From an uncultured Clostridia bacterium (GTDB lineage: Bacteria; Bacillota; Clostridia; Oscillospirales; Acutalibacteraceae): a stretch of DNA of 64,000 bases. Of this stretch, positions 47,960-58,068 are shown one piece after another. The notes under the pieces are model-generated. The model saw nothing but the letters and a program-made list of their open reading frames with translations. It made no database searches and was not told the origin of the DNA. Position numbers and translations under genes: made by a program. The stretch's first letter is position 1, and every line of letters begins with the position of its first letter. The stretch spans positions 439 to 64,438 of the forward strand of contig CANPXK010000002.1 of NCBI GenBank assembly GCA_947585965.1, written 5' to 3'.

Positions 47960-48430
47960 TTATTGAAAAAAGACTCCGAAACCGAAAAAACTGAAAAATA
48001 ATGCAAGTGTACCCATAATAAGACAGGTATGCTCGTTGAACTGTATTTTTGGTTCGTTATTCGACATATGCATATTATTGAAAAATGGGATATTGTTGAA
48101 ATCTCTGTCTTGATTGTTTCCTGCTCCGTCTAAGAACGAACTGTAATTATTCGTTTTTGGAGATACAGTAGGTATGTCCTCGGTGTTGGTGTTATTATTA
48201 TTTTGATATGAATTATCTGTAAAATTCAAATCATTATCCGTGTTATAAGCAATATTATTTGGTATATCAGCTTTTGTAATATATTCACATTCGGTATCGT
48301 AGTTTTGATGTGTGCTGTCGTCATCGGTAAGGACATTGCTGCCGTATATTGTATCTTTTTTCTCCTCGGGGAATTTTACCTCGGGGAATATTTCGTCAAA
48401 CGACATCTCGGTAATATTTTTATTATCCAT
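47960..48430 (-). CDS. Hypothetical Asn/Asp-rich protein with a C-terminal TM segment. Apparently truncated by a 1-nt frameshift.
   Basis: A GGAGG RBS sits 5 nt before the ATG. The ORF ends inside a hydrophobic helix (..LALFFSFFGFGVFFQ*). The next frame continues with SIITFIIAARLGKSKTSNGTKMYKQKKLAIIFAIIAIIISFIRL* down to 47832. Confidence 0.6.
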   Translation of the reverse strand: MDNKNITEMSFDEIFPEVKFPEEKKDTIYGSNVLTDDDSTHQNYDTECEYITKADIPNNIAYNTDNDLNFTDNSYQNNNNTNTEDIPTVSPKTNNYSSFLDGAGNNQDRDFNNIPFFNNMHMSNNEPKIQFNEHTCLIMGTLALFFSFFGFGVFFQ

Positions 48431-48520
48431 GGTAACCTCCGTTTAAATGTATTATCAAAAAATACAATGAAACAAAAAATAGAAGAACATGATACACTTC
48501 TCGTTGTAATGATGTATTTT

Positions 48521-48943
48521 TTACCGCATATATTTGTTATAAATGTATGTGCCGAATATAATAATTAGTATTGTTATTATTATATATATTACTATGTTCA
48601 GTATCAGACCGAATATTGACAATATTGTACCGATAACAGCAGATGTGGATTTGGGCTTTGAAGACAATTCATTATGCTTTTTGTCTTCATGTGCAAGAAA
48701 AAGTCCTATTATGGACATGAGAAGCGGAAATATCGGGGCAAAGCAGAAGACGACTGACATAATGCCGCATATGAAGCTTCCCCATGAGTTACCTTTTTCA
48801 AGGTCATAAATAGGTTTCGGATAACCCTCATACGGATAATGCGGATATTTACCGGTAGCTTCCGGGTTAGTGTCTTCTGTCTGTTCATTCACGGTATAGT
48901 CATCCTCATTAAGGTTTATAGTCTGTTTTTTATTTTTATCCAT
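48521..48943 (-). CDS. Hypothetical small membrane protein (two to three C-terminal TM helices, DUF4190-like architecture by recall)
   Basis: An AAAGGACGG RBS precedes the start. The N-terminus is acidic and Pro/Tyr-rich. It is followed by GSFICGIMSVVFCFAPIFPLLMSIIGLFLAHEDKK and a second hydrophobic block. Confidence 0.6.
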   Translation of the reverse strand: MDKNKKQTINLNEDDYTVNEQTEDTNPEATGKYPHYPYEGYPKPIYDLEKGNSWGSFICGIMSVVFCFAPIFPLLMSIIGLFLAHEDKKHNELSSKPKSTSAVIGTILSIFGLILNIVIYIIITILIIIFGTYIYNKYMR

Positions 48944-48961
48944 AATAAAATCCGTCCTTTC

Positions 48962-49022
48962 AAAAAAATGCAGTTTTCTGTCTTGCTTACGTTCATTTTA
49001 GCATAAAGACATTAAAACTGCA
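48962..49022 (-). terminator. Rho-independent terminator after rlmH
   Basis: On the minus strand, a 9-bp outer stem TGCAGTTTT pairs with AAAACTGCA. An inner 5-bp stem lies within, and T7 follows. Confidence 0.7.
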
Positions 49023-49026
49023 ATAA

Positions 49027-49509
49027 TTATTTATGATATTTTCCGCCGTTGTTTATCTGAAATGCTCTGTATAACTGTTCGCAAAGCATTACCCTCGCAA
49101 GCTGATGAGGAAAGGTCATTTTTGACATAGATATTTTTACCCCGGCAAGCTTTTTGACCTCATCGGAAAGACCGTAGGATCCGCCTATTACGAAGAATAT
49201 GTTTCCGCTTATGTACGCGGCGGTATTGCTGATTTCCTTTGCAAGTTCCTCCGAAGAAAACAGCTTTCCTTCTATGCACATTGCGGCGGTAAATGCACCG
49301 GAGGGGATTCTTGCAATCAGCCTTTGCCCTTCTTTGGTTATGGTATTGTTTATCTGTGAGTCGGAGGGATTATCCGGTAGTCTTTCCTCGTCAACCTCGA
49401 TTATAGAAAAATCAGCGAACCTGCTCATTCTTTTGGAATATTCGGATATTGCCTGCCGCCAGTATTCCTCCTTAAGCTTTCCGACACATAAAACGGTTAT
49501 TTTTATCAT
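49027..49509 (-). CDS. rlmH: 23S rRNA (pseudouridine1915-N3)-methyltransferase RlmH
   Basis: The 160-aa SPOUT-fold protein has FFVIGGSYGL and MTFPHQLARVML motifs. Confidence 0.9.
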   Translation of the reverse strand: MIKITVLCVGKLKEEYWRQAISEYSKRMSRFADFSIIEVDEERLPDNPSDSQINNTITKEGQRLIARIPSGAFTAAMCIEGKLFSSEELAKEISNTAAYISGNIFFVIGGSYGLSDEVKKLAGVKISMSKMTFPHQLARVMLCEQLYRAFQINNGGKYHK

Positions 49510-49521
49510 ATTACCCTCTTT

Positions 49522-50310
49522 TTAATATATCAGATATTTATTGTCCTTTTCTGCGGCAACCGTCAGCATATAATCGAGGTTACGTTTCATTTTATTTTCC
49601 TCAAATGCACATATGCTTGTTTGCTCGGCAAGAAAGGGCATATTGTTTTCCTTGCTGAGATGTGCAAGAACAAATCGTGTTGTTCCGTTTTTAACCAGCT
49701 TTACAGCAGTGTCGGCACAACTGTCATTGGACAGATGACCGTGTTCCGAAAGTATGCGTTTCTTAAGCTCATAGGGATAGCATCCGTTCTGAAGCATACG
49801 TATATCATGATTGGATTCGATAACGACGGTATCGCACCCGATTACGGCATTTTCTATTTCATTGCTGATAATACCGGTATCTGTGGCAAATGCGGTTTTT
49901 CTTCCGTCCGAGGTTTCCGCAACATATCCGTAACCCTCGGCACAATCATGTGAAATGCGGAAGGGGATTATACGCATATAATCGGTTTCAATTCCGTCAA
50001 GGGAAATAGGGGAAATATCTACATTTTCATTTATAAGTGCCTTATTCTCCATTTCTGAGATTGTACCGTTTGACGCATATACCTTTATGCCGTATTTTGA
50101 AGCAAGCACACGAAGTCCTCTTGTGTGGTCAATATGTTCATGCGTAACAAATATTGCCCTGACATTTTTTATATCAAGCTCTCTTTCGTCAAGGGCTGTT
50201 TTGATCTGTTTTGCACTTCTTCCTGCATCAATAAGTATTCCGCTTTCCTTTGTACCTAAATAGTAACAATTTCCCGAACTGCCGCTGAACAGCGGATATA
50301 ACCTTGGCAT
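49522..50310 (-). CDS. MBL-fold metallo-hydrolase (YycJ/WalJ-like)
   Basis: HxHxDH is present (VTHEHIDH). The N-terminus LFSGSSGNCYY is typical. A GGAGAGGAA RBS sits 9 nt before the ATG at 50310; the ORF is open to 50397. Confidence 0.8.
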   Translation of the reverse strand: MPRLYPLFSGSSGNCYYLGTKESGILIDAGRSAKQIKTALDERELDIKNVRAIFVTHEHIDHTRGLRVLASKYGIKVYASNGTISEMENKALINENVDISPISLDGIETDYMRIIPFRISHDCAEGYGYVAETSDGRKTAFATDTGIISNEIENAVIGCDTVVIESNHDIRMLQNGCYPYELKKRILSEHGHLSNDSCADTAVKLVKNGTTRFVLAHLSKENNMPFLAEQTSICAFEENKMKRNLDYMLTVAAEKDNKYLIY

Positions 50311-50400
50311 TCTTTCATATTCCTCTCCGTTAAATATTTTATGATTATCCTGAAACAGGGAGACCGACAAGGTGTCGGACTCCCCGCTGATATACAAAAT

Positions 50401-51678
50401 TTAAGCCTGCTTCATGCTTTCGTTGGTTTTTATGAGGCTTATATCGGCACCCACGGAGGACAATTTACCCACAACGTTCTCATATCCGCGCTGAATATGT
50501 CTGATATCCTCAATCTGTGTTGTACCCTTTGCACCCAGAGCTGCCACTATCATTGCGGCTCCTGCACGAAGATCGGTTGCCTTTACAGGGGCACCGGTAA
50601 GTCTTTCGATACCACGGATTATTGCAAGACTTCCGTCAACGGATATATCCGCTCCCATACGGCGCAGCTCCTCCACATAGCGGAAACGGTTATCCCATAC
50701 CGCCTCGTTGACAATACTTGTCCCATCCGCCGTTGATAAAAGTGCGGCAATCTGCGGCTGCATATCGGTGGGAAATCCGGGATGCGGCATTGTTGTAACA
50801 TTACATCGTTTAAGCCTTCCGCTGCTTATAACACGTACCGAATCGTCAAATTCTTCAATTGTAACTCCCATCTCACGGAGCTTTGCCGTTATGGATTCAA
50901 GGTGCTTCGGAATAACATTCTGTATTACAACATCTCCGCCGGCAGAGCATACCGCAGCCATATATGTTCCCGCTTCTATCTGGTCGGGAATTATGGAATA
51001 CGTTGTGCCTCTGAGTGTTCTGACTCCGTTTATTTTTATAACATCGGTTCCGGCTCCCCTGACATCGGCTCCCATGGAATTGAGAAAATTCGCAAGGTCT
51101 ACTATATGTGGTTCTCTTGCGGCATTTTCTATGGTTGTTCTTCCCTCTGCCTTGACAGCGGCAAGCATTACATTAACCGTAGCACCCACGGAAACAACAT
51201 CAAGATAAATATGATTTCCCGTAAGTTTGTTTGCCTTTATTTTTATCATGTCATCCGCTACGGTATGCTTTGCCCCGAGGATACCGAAGCCTTTCAAGTG
51301 CTGGTCAACGGGACGTACACCAAAATCACAGCCCCCCGGCAAGGCAACATCAGCCCTGAGGTACTTACCGAGAAGTGCTCCCATAAGGTAGCACGATGCC
51401 CTCATATGACGGACAAGGTCATATGTAGCTACAGGTTCTTTAATACCGCTCGGATCTATCTCTATGGAGTTTTCGTCTATATGTCTGACGCTTGCCCCCA
51501 TTTTACACAAAATTTCATCTATAATATTGACATCCTCTATATCAGGGATATTTTCAAGGCGGCATATGCCGTCCGACAAAATTACCGCAGGGATTATAGC
51601 AACGGCAGCATTTTTTGCACCGCTTATTTTTATTGTTCCGTGAAGCCTGTTGCCCCCGGTTATAACTAATTTTTCCAA
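50401..51678 (-). CDS. murA: UDP-N-acetylglucosamine 1-carboxyvinyltransferase
   Basis: ITGGNRLHGTIKISGAKNAAVAI is present, as is the active-site Cys context LPGGCDFGVRPVDQHL. The TTG start follows GGGAGTG. Confidence 0.93.
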   Translation of the reverse strand: MEKLVITGGNRLHGTIKISGAKNAAVAIIPAVILSDGICRLENIPDIEDVNIIDEILCKMGASVRHIDENSIEIDPSGIKEPVATYDLVRHMRASCYLMGALLGKYLRADVALPGGCDFGVRPVDQHLKGFGILGAKHTVADDMIKIKANKLTGNHIYLDVVSVGATVNVMLAAVKAEGRTTIENAAREPHIVDLANFLNSMGADVRGAGTDVIKINGVRTLRGTTYSIIPDQIEAGTYMAAVCSAGGDVVIQNVIPKHLESITAKLREMGVTIEEFDDSVRVISSGRLKRCNVTTMPHPGFPTDMQPQIAALLSTADGTSIVNEAVWDNRFRYVEELRRMGADISVDGSLAIIRGIERLTGAPVKATDLRAGAAMIVAALGAKGTTQIEDIRHIQRGYENVVGKLSSVGADISLIKTNESMKQA

Positions 51679-52256
51679 AGCTCAACACTCCCACTGTTAT
51701 TGTTTGAAGGAATATAAGGATACTTCCCGGACTTTCGGATTACAACGATTCTACATACCTTGTCCGGGAGATTAATTCGGGATGTTGTTGTTCCTCATTT
51801 AATTCAATCTGAGGCTTCGTGCGAATACTCCATGCTGCCGACTGTCTGTTACCGATTATTTTAAAGATTTGTATAATACGCTTTTCCCGATATTGCGTAA
51901 TTCTGTTTATGTCGGTCGAAAACTGAGTCATTTTATCTTAACCGCATACAAATACAAAACCTGCACTGTGCACGAATCAATATTGATAATATATAAAATT
52001 CAAGTTACTCTTGAGTAATAATAATACAAATAATAATTAAAGTCAATATAAATTTTTCGTAAAGCCGGATTTTCATTAAAATAAAGCAATTTTTCCGAAA
52101 AATGACATGATATATGACAAAAATGACATTTTTTATCAGCTATCACTCATGAAGTATAAATTATCAATATCAGCATTATATCATTTTCTGTTTCCTGTAA
52201 TGTATCGCAGCTGTACGTACAGTTGGGGGAGTATTCTTTTTTGTGGGGACATCGGT

Positions 52257-53669
52257 TCAGGCATTGTAGAATTCATACAATGCCCTGTATGTCATATATA
52301 CATCAAGCTTTGAAACAACTTCGATAGGAGCGTGCATTGAAAGAACGGGTACGCCGAGATCCACAACATCCGCATTAAAATTTGCAACATATTTGGCTAT
52401 GGTTCCTCCGCCGCCTCCGTCAACTTTTCCAAGCTCGCAGGTTTGGAAAAGTACATTCTTTCCGTCAAGCAGGCTGCGTATTTTTGCCATATACTCTGCA
52501 CTTGCGTCCGAGGTTGAATATTTTCCGCCGCTGCCTGTATATTTTGATATGACGGCACCGCAGTTTATATAAGCGGAATTATTTGCTTCAAATGCCAAAG
52601 AATAGGTGGGGTCGTACGCAGCACTTACGTCTGCCGAAAGACAGGTGCTTTTTGCCATTACATGGCGTACTTCTTCACCATCCGCGTTTGCGAGATCTTC
52701 TATGAAATCTATAACATATGTGGATTTCATACCGGTATTTCCGTCGCTTCCTATTTCTTCCCTGTCTGTAAGCACTGTTATTATTGTGCTTTCCGGCAAT
52801 TCAGTATCTATTGCTGCAAGCAGTGCCGGATATGCGCATACCTTGTCGTCATGACCATAGGCTGCAATCATACTTCTGTCGAAGCCGAGATCTCTTGCCT
52901 TGTCGGCAGGAACCATTGCAAGGTCGGCGGAAACAAAATCTTCCTCCGTTATCCCGTATTTTTCAAAAAGTATATTCATTATATTAAGTTTGACATTTTC
53001 GCTTTCCTCATCTCTGCTGAAAGGTCTGCTTCCGATAAGCACATTGAGTTGTTCACCGTTAAATGCCTTTGTCATAACCTTTGACATCTGTTCATTTGCG
53101 AGGTGGGGGAGGAGATCGGTAACGCAGAAGCATGGCTCGTCTGTATTATCTCCAACATTTACCGTGATACATTTTCCGTCCTTTAGTGCAATGACACCAT
53201 GAATTGCAAGCGGAATTGTCGGCCACTGATATTTTTTTATCCCACCGTAATAATGTGTTTTGAACAGTGCAAGGTCATTAGCCTCATACAAGGGATTTGG
53301 CTTAAGATCAAGACGTGGGGAATCTATATGCGCTATTCCGAGTCTTACTCCGTTATGTGTTCCGCTCTTTCCGATAACCGCGAGTATAACAGCCTGATTT
53401 CTGTTATTTACATATACCTTCTGACCTGCTTCATACTTTTTTGTGCGGTCATATTCGGTAAAGCCTGACTTTTCTGCGGCAGCTATTGCATATGCCACGG
53501 TCTCACGTTCAATTTTTGCATTATTGAGGAAATCCTTATAATTTTCGCAAAATTCATCCGCCTTTTTAATTTCCTCTTCGCTGACTTTGAAGCAGCCGTT
53601 TTTGGTATTGCGGAAAAGTTTTTCCTTAAGCTTTGCTGATTTGCTCTTTTCTTCCTTATTGTTTGACAT
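52257..53669 (-). CDS. M18 family aminopeptidase
   Basis: The protein is 470 aa. GIAHIDSPRLDLKPNPLYE and GHDDKVCAY are typical of M18 (aspartyl/aminopeptidase I type) enzymes. Confidence 0.8.
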   Translation of the reverse strand: MSNNKEEKSKSAKLKEKLFRNTKNGCFKVSEEEIKKADEFCENYKDFLNNAKIERETVAYAIAAAEKSGFTEYDRTKKYEAGQKVYVNNRNQAVILAVIGKSGTHNGVRLGIAHIDSPRLDLKPNPLYEANDLALFKTHYYGGIKKYQWPTIPLAIHGVIALKDGKCITVNVGDNTDEPCFCVTDLLPHLANEQMSKVMTKAFNGEQLNVLIGSRPFSRDEESENVKLNIMNILFEKYGITEEDFVSADLAMVPADKARDLGFDRSMIAAYGHDDKVCAYPALLAAIDTELPESTIITVLTDREEIGSDGNTGMKSTYVIDFIEDLANADGEEVRHVMAKSTCLSADVSAAYDPTYSLAFEANNSAYINCGAVISKYTGSGGKYSTSDASAEYMAKIRSLLDGKNVLFQTCELGKVDGGGGGTIAKYVANFNADVVDLGVPVLSMHAPIEVVSKLDVYMTYRALYEFYNA

Positions 53670-53695
53670 GGTTCATCTTTCCTTTCATAGAATTA

Positions 53696-54283
53696 TTATT
53701 CTTTGTTGTCATTATAGAGTCTGTTATAGCAGCTTTTATTCTGCTGAACAATATGTCGGTAATTTTCCGTTTCCTCAAAAGGAACCGTTTTAAGTGTTTT
53801 TCCGTCATCGGAATATTCTTTATCCTTAAGCCATGAGTTTACATGACCTACTCCCGCATTATATGCACACACGGCAGTATCCTCATTGCCATACATATCG
53901 AGGAGTACGGATAAGATATTTGTGCCGTAATCAATATTTATTCCGCTGTTATATAGGTCGTCAACCGTATAATCCTCATATTCCCCGTCAACATAATAGG
54001 TCTGTATCCATTCAAATGTATCAGGGGTTATCTGCATAAGTCCTATTGCTCCTGCGGAGGATACGGCATTCGGATCAAAGTTACTTTCCGTTTTAATAAT
54101 ACCGTATATAAGATATTTGTCGACACCGTATTTTTCGGAAGCAGCTTCAATTTCCGTGCTGTATTTCAGCGGATATGTATCGTAAATATATTTTTCGTGC
54201 AATGCTTTAAGTCCGTATGCAGCCGCTGCTGCCACAACAATGACAACAACGATACATATTAATGCTTTAACTTTTTTTTTCAC
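53696..54283 (-). CDS. Lytic transglycosylase (SLT domain), membrane anchored
   Basis: TESNFDPNAVSSAGAIGLMQITPDTF is present (catalytic Glu-Ser and GLMQ motifs). The N-terminus has a TM helix. The GTG start overlaps the coaE 3' end. Confidence 0.85.
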   Translation of the reverse strand: MKKKVKALICIVVVIVVAAAAAYGLKALHEKYIYDTYPLKYSTEIEAASEKYGVDKYLIYGIIKTESNFDPNAVSSAGAIGLMQITPDTFEWIQTYYVDGEYEDYTVDDLYNSGINIDYGTNILSVLLDMYGNEDTAVCAYNAGVGHVNSWLKDKEYSDDGKTLKTVPFEETENYRHIVQQNKSCYNRLYNDNKE

Positions 54284-54905
54284 CTAAAGCCCCACCGTCC
54301 CTCAAGAATTTTTTTATATCATAAAGGATTTTCCTGAAATCCTCCCTTACAAGCCCAACCGGTTTTCCTCCGTCTATTATATAATCAGAGTGCCCGGTAT
54401 AATATTCCTCATCATGCTGGGCATTTATTCTCAGCAAAGCATCCTTCATGCTAAGATTGTCACGCTTTATTATTCTGTCAAGACGTATATCTTTGTCTGC
54501 TGTCACCGCTATGACAAAATCGCAAAGCTTATCGCCTCCGCTCTCAAAAAGCTGGGGAGCATCAAACAATATCACATCATAATCCTTATGCATTAATTCT
54601 TCAATATATTCCCGACATCTGTCGATTATATGCGGATGTGTGATACTGTTGAGCAAATCTGTGTTTTCCCGACTTGCAAACGCTCTTTCGGCGAGAACTT
54701 TTCTTCTGCATAAGCCGGCACTGTCTATTATATCACATCCGAAAATTTCCGCAAGTCTTTTCAGACAATCAGACCCTCTTGTCAAAGCTTCTCCTGCAAC
54801 CTTATCGGCATCTAAAACCGCACAGCCGAGGGTTCGCGCATATTCCGATATCGTGCTTTTTCCCGCACCTGTCTGACCTGTAAGACCTACAACTAAACCT
54901 CTCAT
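54267..54905 (-). CDS. coaE: Dephospho-CoA kinase
   Basis: The P-loop is GLTGQTGAGKST, and the size and order fit the family. The start overlaps the tsaC stop. Confidence 0.88.
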   Translation of the reverse strand: MRGLVVGLTGQTGAGKSTISEYARTLGCAVLDADKVAGEALTRGSDCLKRLAEIFGCDIIDSAGLCRRKVLAERAFASRENTDLLNSITHPHIIDRCREYIEELMHKDYDVILFDAPQLFESGGDKLCDFVIAVTADKDIRLDRIIKRDNLSMKDALLRINAQHDEEYYTGHSDYIIDGGKPVGLVREDFRKILYDIKKFLRDGGALGEKKS

Positions 54906-55933
54906 TTTTTTTCTGCCCCTTTCAGGGAAATAATATTAAAGCCCGCCGCACGTATTATACGGTTATAAACCGCAAGTCCAACACCCTTTTTCCCGGGGCA
55001 TCTTGCATATACGGTATCAAAGCCCATTTCATCGGCTTTCCTTAGTGCGGCGAAAAGTAAATGTGCCTGTTCGGAATAATCATATTTTTTCCCTATAGGT
55101 ATGCATGGGAGTTCGATATTTTCCATGTCCTCAGTATAGCAAAGCACGGCGGCATTCCGGTCTTTAATACCATTGATATATCCGTAAAATTCGTCATTCT
55201 CTCCGTCAAGCAGAATGACCTCCGCCTTAGGGGAATAATGCTTATATTTCATTCCCGGACTTGCAGCCCTTTCACCGTCCCCAAGAGGCTGTGTGACGGC
55301 ATTTGCTACTTTGATTTCTCCTATAGCTGAACGTAACTGTTCTGCGGTAATTCCTCCCGGTCTTAGTAATGCGGGTATGTCCTGTGCAAGAGTAATGACG
55401 GTCGATTCCACGCCGACTTCGCAGTCGCCGCCGTCAATTATTGCATCGGCTCTTCCGTTCATATCATCATATACATGGCGTAATGTTGTCGGACTCGGAC
55501 TCCCCGAAAGGTTTGCCGACGGTGCGGCAAGGGGAGAGGAGAGGGTAATAAGCTTCTGTGCCGTTTTGTGTGACGGGAAGCGAATTGCCACGGTATCAAG
55601 ACCTGCGCTTACCTCGTCGGGTATTATATCCGATTTCGGAAGGATAATTGTAAGAGGTCCCGGCCAGAATTTTTCCGCAAGAATTTCAGCCTTTCGGGGA
55701 AATTCCCTGACAAGACTGTATATCTGTGAAATATCGGATATATGCACTATCAGGGGATTATCCATGGGACGACCCTTTGCTTTAAATATTTTTCTCACAG
55801 CATCCCCGTTGAGTGCATCAGCGGCAAGTCCGTAAACCGTTTCGGTGGGTATTGCAACAATACCGCCGCGTTTTATAATTTCTGCTGCCTTTCCGATATC
55901 CTCATTATCTGAGGAAAGCATAAGTGTATTCAT
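54902..55933 (-). CDS. tsaC: L-threonylcarbamoyladenylate synthase (Sua5/YwlC type, YrdC plus Sua5 domains)
   Basis: PTETVYGLAADALNGDAVRKIFKAKGRPMDNPLIVH is present, and there is a C-terminal Sua5 extension. Confidence 0.9.
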   Translation of the reverse strand: MNTLMLSSDNEDIGKAAEIIKRGGIVAIPTETVYGLAADALNGDAVRKIFKAKGRPMDNPLIVHISDISQIYSLVREFPRKAEILAEKFWPGPLTIILPKSDIIPDEVSAGLDTVAIRFPSHKTAQKLITLSSPLAAPSANLSGSPSPTTLRHVYDDMNGRADAIIDGGDCEVGVESTVITLAQDIPALLRPGGITAEQLRSAIGEIKVANAVTQPLGDGERAASPGMKYKHYSPKAEVILLDGENDEFYGYINGIKDRNAAVLCYTEDMENIELPCIPIGKKYDYSEQAHLLFAALRKADEMGFDTVYARCPGKKGVGLAVYNRIIRAAGFNIISLKGAEKK

Positions 55934-55957
55934 TGTATCATTCCTGTTTTTATTGAA

Positions 55958-56929
55958 TTAATATTTTTTCAGAAGATTATCCTCGTCAGGATTTTGGGCA
56001 TATAAGGTCTGATCCTTTTTGGTGCTGTCAACATAAAAATTACCTTCATCATTCAGGCCGCCCTCATAGAACAGATCCTCCTGCGATACCATATGTGTCA
56101 TCAGTTCCTCTTTTCCTTCCTCTAAGGTTCCCTCGTTCCTGAAATTGTGTTTAGTATTTACATAAAAGCTCTCGTTTTGATTTTTGTCGGTTTTGTACAG
56201 CCCTTCGTCATCAAATATATAATCGTTTTTATCAAGAAGTATCTTTTCGCTTATCTTACCTTTACGTATTGCCCAAGAGGTATAGGCGTTCTTAATGGTT
56301 TTTCTCAGGAGCAGAGGTATGAGCAGAACAAGAATAACGGCAACCGCAAAAGTAAAAGTAATATATTTCCGGGGTATCTGACTGTCCTGTTCGGTTATAT
56401 CAATGATATGGCCGAGAATAGCCTCCTGCGTACCACTGTCTATTCCATGTTTTTGCAGATAATTTGTTGATATAAGCTCCAGATTAAGCGATGTTTTATC
56501 CGCAGCGGACAGGTCGCGTACATAGCCCCGGAATTTTACGGACTCACAATCGCCGCTAATCATATCATGTATTTCGTTATCTGTTTCCGACCCTGAAATT
56601 GTTCTGATAAGCATGATTTTTTGGGACTCGGTTATAATGGAGTAATATTGAATGGAGCCGGAATCCACACCCGGATTGCCGTACATTGTTCCGTCAATAT
56701 GTGTCAGTTCCCCTCTTATTTGTGTTCCTACGTCAAGAGTATCAAAATCTTCCTGTGTTACAGTCTGAGGAAGTTTTTCATTTGCCTGTATCATCTTAAT
56801 GCCTGCGGATACCTGATAAATAATGAGTAAAATACAAACAGCGGTCATTATAATTTTTGCCATTTCCCATTTATTTCCGGTAAAACATCCATTTTTGTAC
56901 ATACTATACATCTCCCGGACACCTGTCAT
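55958..56929 (-). CDS. Hypothetical membrane protein (2 TM helices flanking a ~150-aa extracytoplasmic segment)
   Basis: The start ATG overlaps the prfA stop (ATGA). I recognise no family motif. Confidence 0.6.
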   Translation of the reverse strand: MTGVREMYSMYKNGCFTGNKWEMAKIIMTAVCILLIIYQVSAGIKMIQANEKLPQTVTQEDFDTLDVGTQIRGELTHIDGTMYGNPGVDSGSIQYYSIITESQKIMLIRTISGSETDNEIHDMISGDCESVKFRGYVRDLSAADKTSLNLELISTNYLQKHGIDSGTQEAILGHIIDITEQDSQIPRKYITFTFAVAVILVLLIPLLLRKTIKNAYTSWAIRKGKISEKILLDKNDYIFDDEGLYKTDKNQNESFYVNTKHNFRNEGTLEEGKEELMTHMVSQEDLFYEGGLNDEGNFYVDSTKKDQTLYAQNPDEDNLLKKY

Positions 56930-57999
56930 TCGGTTTCGCTTTTTTGAAGCTGCTCGGCTCTGTCAGCGGAAATAAGGGCATCAATTATTTCATCTATATC
57001 CCCGTTGAGTATATCATCAATTTTGTATAAGGTCAATCCTATCCTGTGATCCGTTACTCTTCCCTGCGGGTAATTATAGGTCCGTATACGCTCGCTTCTG
57101 TCACCTGTCCCCACCTGTGAGCGGCGTTCGCTTGCTACCTGATTCTGCTGTTTCTGTCTTTCGGATTCAAGGAGTCTTGATTTCAGCACCTTCATTGCCT
57201 TGTCCTTGTTTTTATACTGACTTCTTTCGTCCTGACATTCGACAACAAGACCTGTCGGAAGGTGCGTTATGCGTATTGCGGATTCTGTCTTGTTTATATG
57301 CTGACCTCCCGCACCGCTTGAACGGTAAGTGTCAATTTTGAGATCGTTAGGGTCTATATTAACCTCAACATCCTCCGCTTCGGGGAGTACTGCTACAGTT
57401 ACCGTTGAAGTATGTATTCTTCCCTGAGTTTCCGTATCAGGCACCCTCTGCACTCTGTGTACTCCGCTTTCAAATTTGAGCCTTGAATATGCTCCCTGTC
57501 CGTTTATCATAAAGCTTATTTCCTTGAATCCGCCAAGTTCCGTTTCATTCGCACCTATCAGTTCAATATTCCAGCCCTTTTTTGCCGCATACATCGAATA
57601 CATCCTATATAAGACAGCGGCAAAAAGTGCGGCTTCCTCTCCGCCTGCACCACCTCTTATCTCGACAATTACATTTCTTTCATCATTAGGATCCTTTGGC
57701 AGAAGAAGAATCTTAAGTTCCTCATTTATTACTTCCAACTTATGCTCACATTCCGTGATTTCCGTTTCTATCATTTCTCTGAGTTCGCTGTCCTTTTCCT
57801 CTGAGAGCATTTCCTTTGCACTTTCAAGCTCATTATTATATTTTTTATATTCCTTATATTTAAGTGCTATCGGTTCAACAGACCTGAGCTCTTTCATAGT
57901 TTGTGTGTATTTGTCGGCAGATGCCGCAATCTGCGGATCACATAGCCTTAATGACAGTTCCTCATATTTATTCTCGAATATCTTAAGCTTCTCAATCAT
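56926..57999 (-). CDS. prfA: Peptide chain release factor 1
   Basis: The GGQ motif is [11 protein letters not shown] and the PxT-type anticodon tripeptide is [10 protein letters not shown]. Confidence 0.95.
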   Translation of the reverse strand: MIEKLKIFENKYEELSLRLCDPQIAASADKYTQTMKELRSVEPIALKYKEYKKYNNELESAKEMLSEEKDSELREMIETEITECEHKLEVINEELKILLLPKDPNDERNVIVEIRGGAGGEEAALFAAVLYRMYSMYAAKKGWNIELIGANETELGGFKEISFMINGQGAYSRLKFESGVHRVQRVPDTETQGRIHTSTVTVAVLPEAEDVEVNIDPNDLKIDTYRSSGAGGQHINKTESAIRITHLPTGLVVECQDERSQYKNKDKAMKVLKSRLLESERQKQQNQVASERRSQVGTGDRSERIRTYNYPQGRVTDHRIGLTLYKIDDILNGDIDEIIDALISADRAEQLQKSETE

Positions 58000-58068
58000 A
58001 CTATATCTCCTTATGTGGTGTAATGTTTCCGATCGGCATTGCCGTATACAGTCATCCGCAGTCCGGTG

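Noticed and set aside
47785-47994. A 69-aa + strand ORF overlapping the end of the repeat array
   Set aside because: It has no RBS. It lies antisense to the frame-restored C-terminus of the 47960-48430 gene, which explains the region better.
50708-51669. Long + strand ORFs (166 aa and 295 aa) opposite murA
   Set aside because: They lie entirely antisense to a well-supported conserved gene, have no RBS and have low-complexity composition. These are typical shadow ORFs.
51740-51931. A 63-aa minus-strand ORF in the murA upstream gap
   Set aside because: It has no Shine-Dalgarno sequence and no recognisable family. It is kept only as part of the noncoding-gap finding.
52217-52228. The 12-mer GTACAGTTGGGG followed by a T-rich tract, shared with 58550-58561
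   Set aside because: Exact 12-mer repeats are expected hundreds of times by chance in a 64-kb window on both strands. The flanking similarity is weak.
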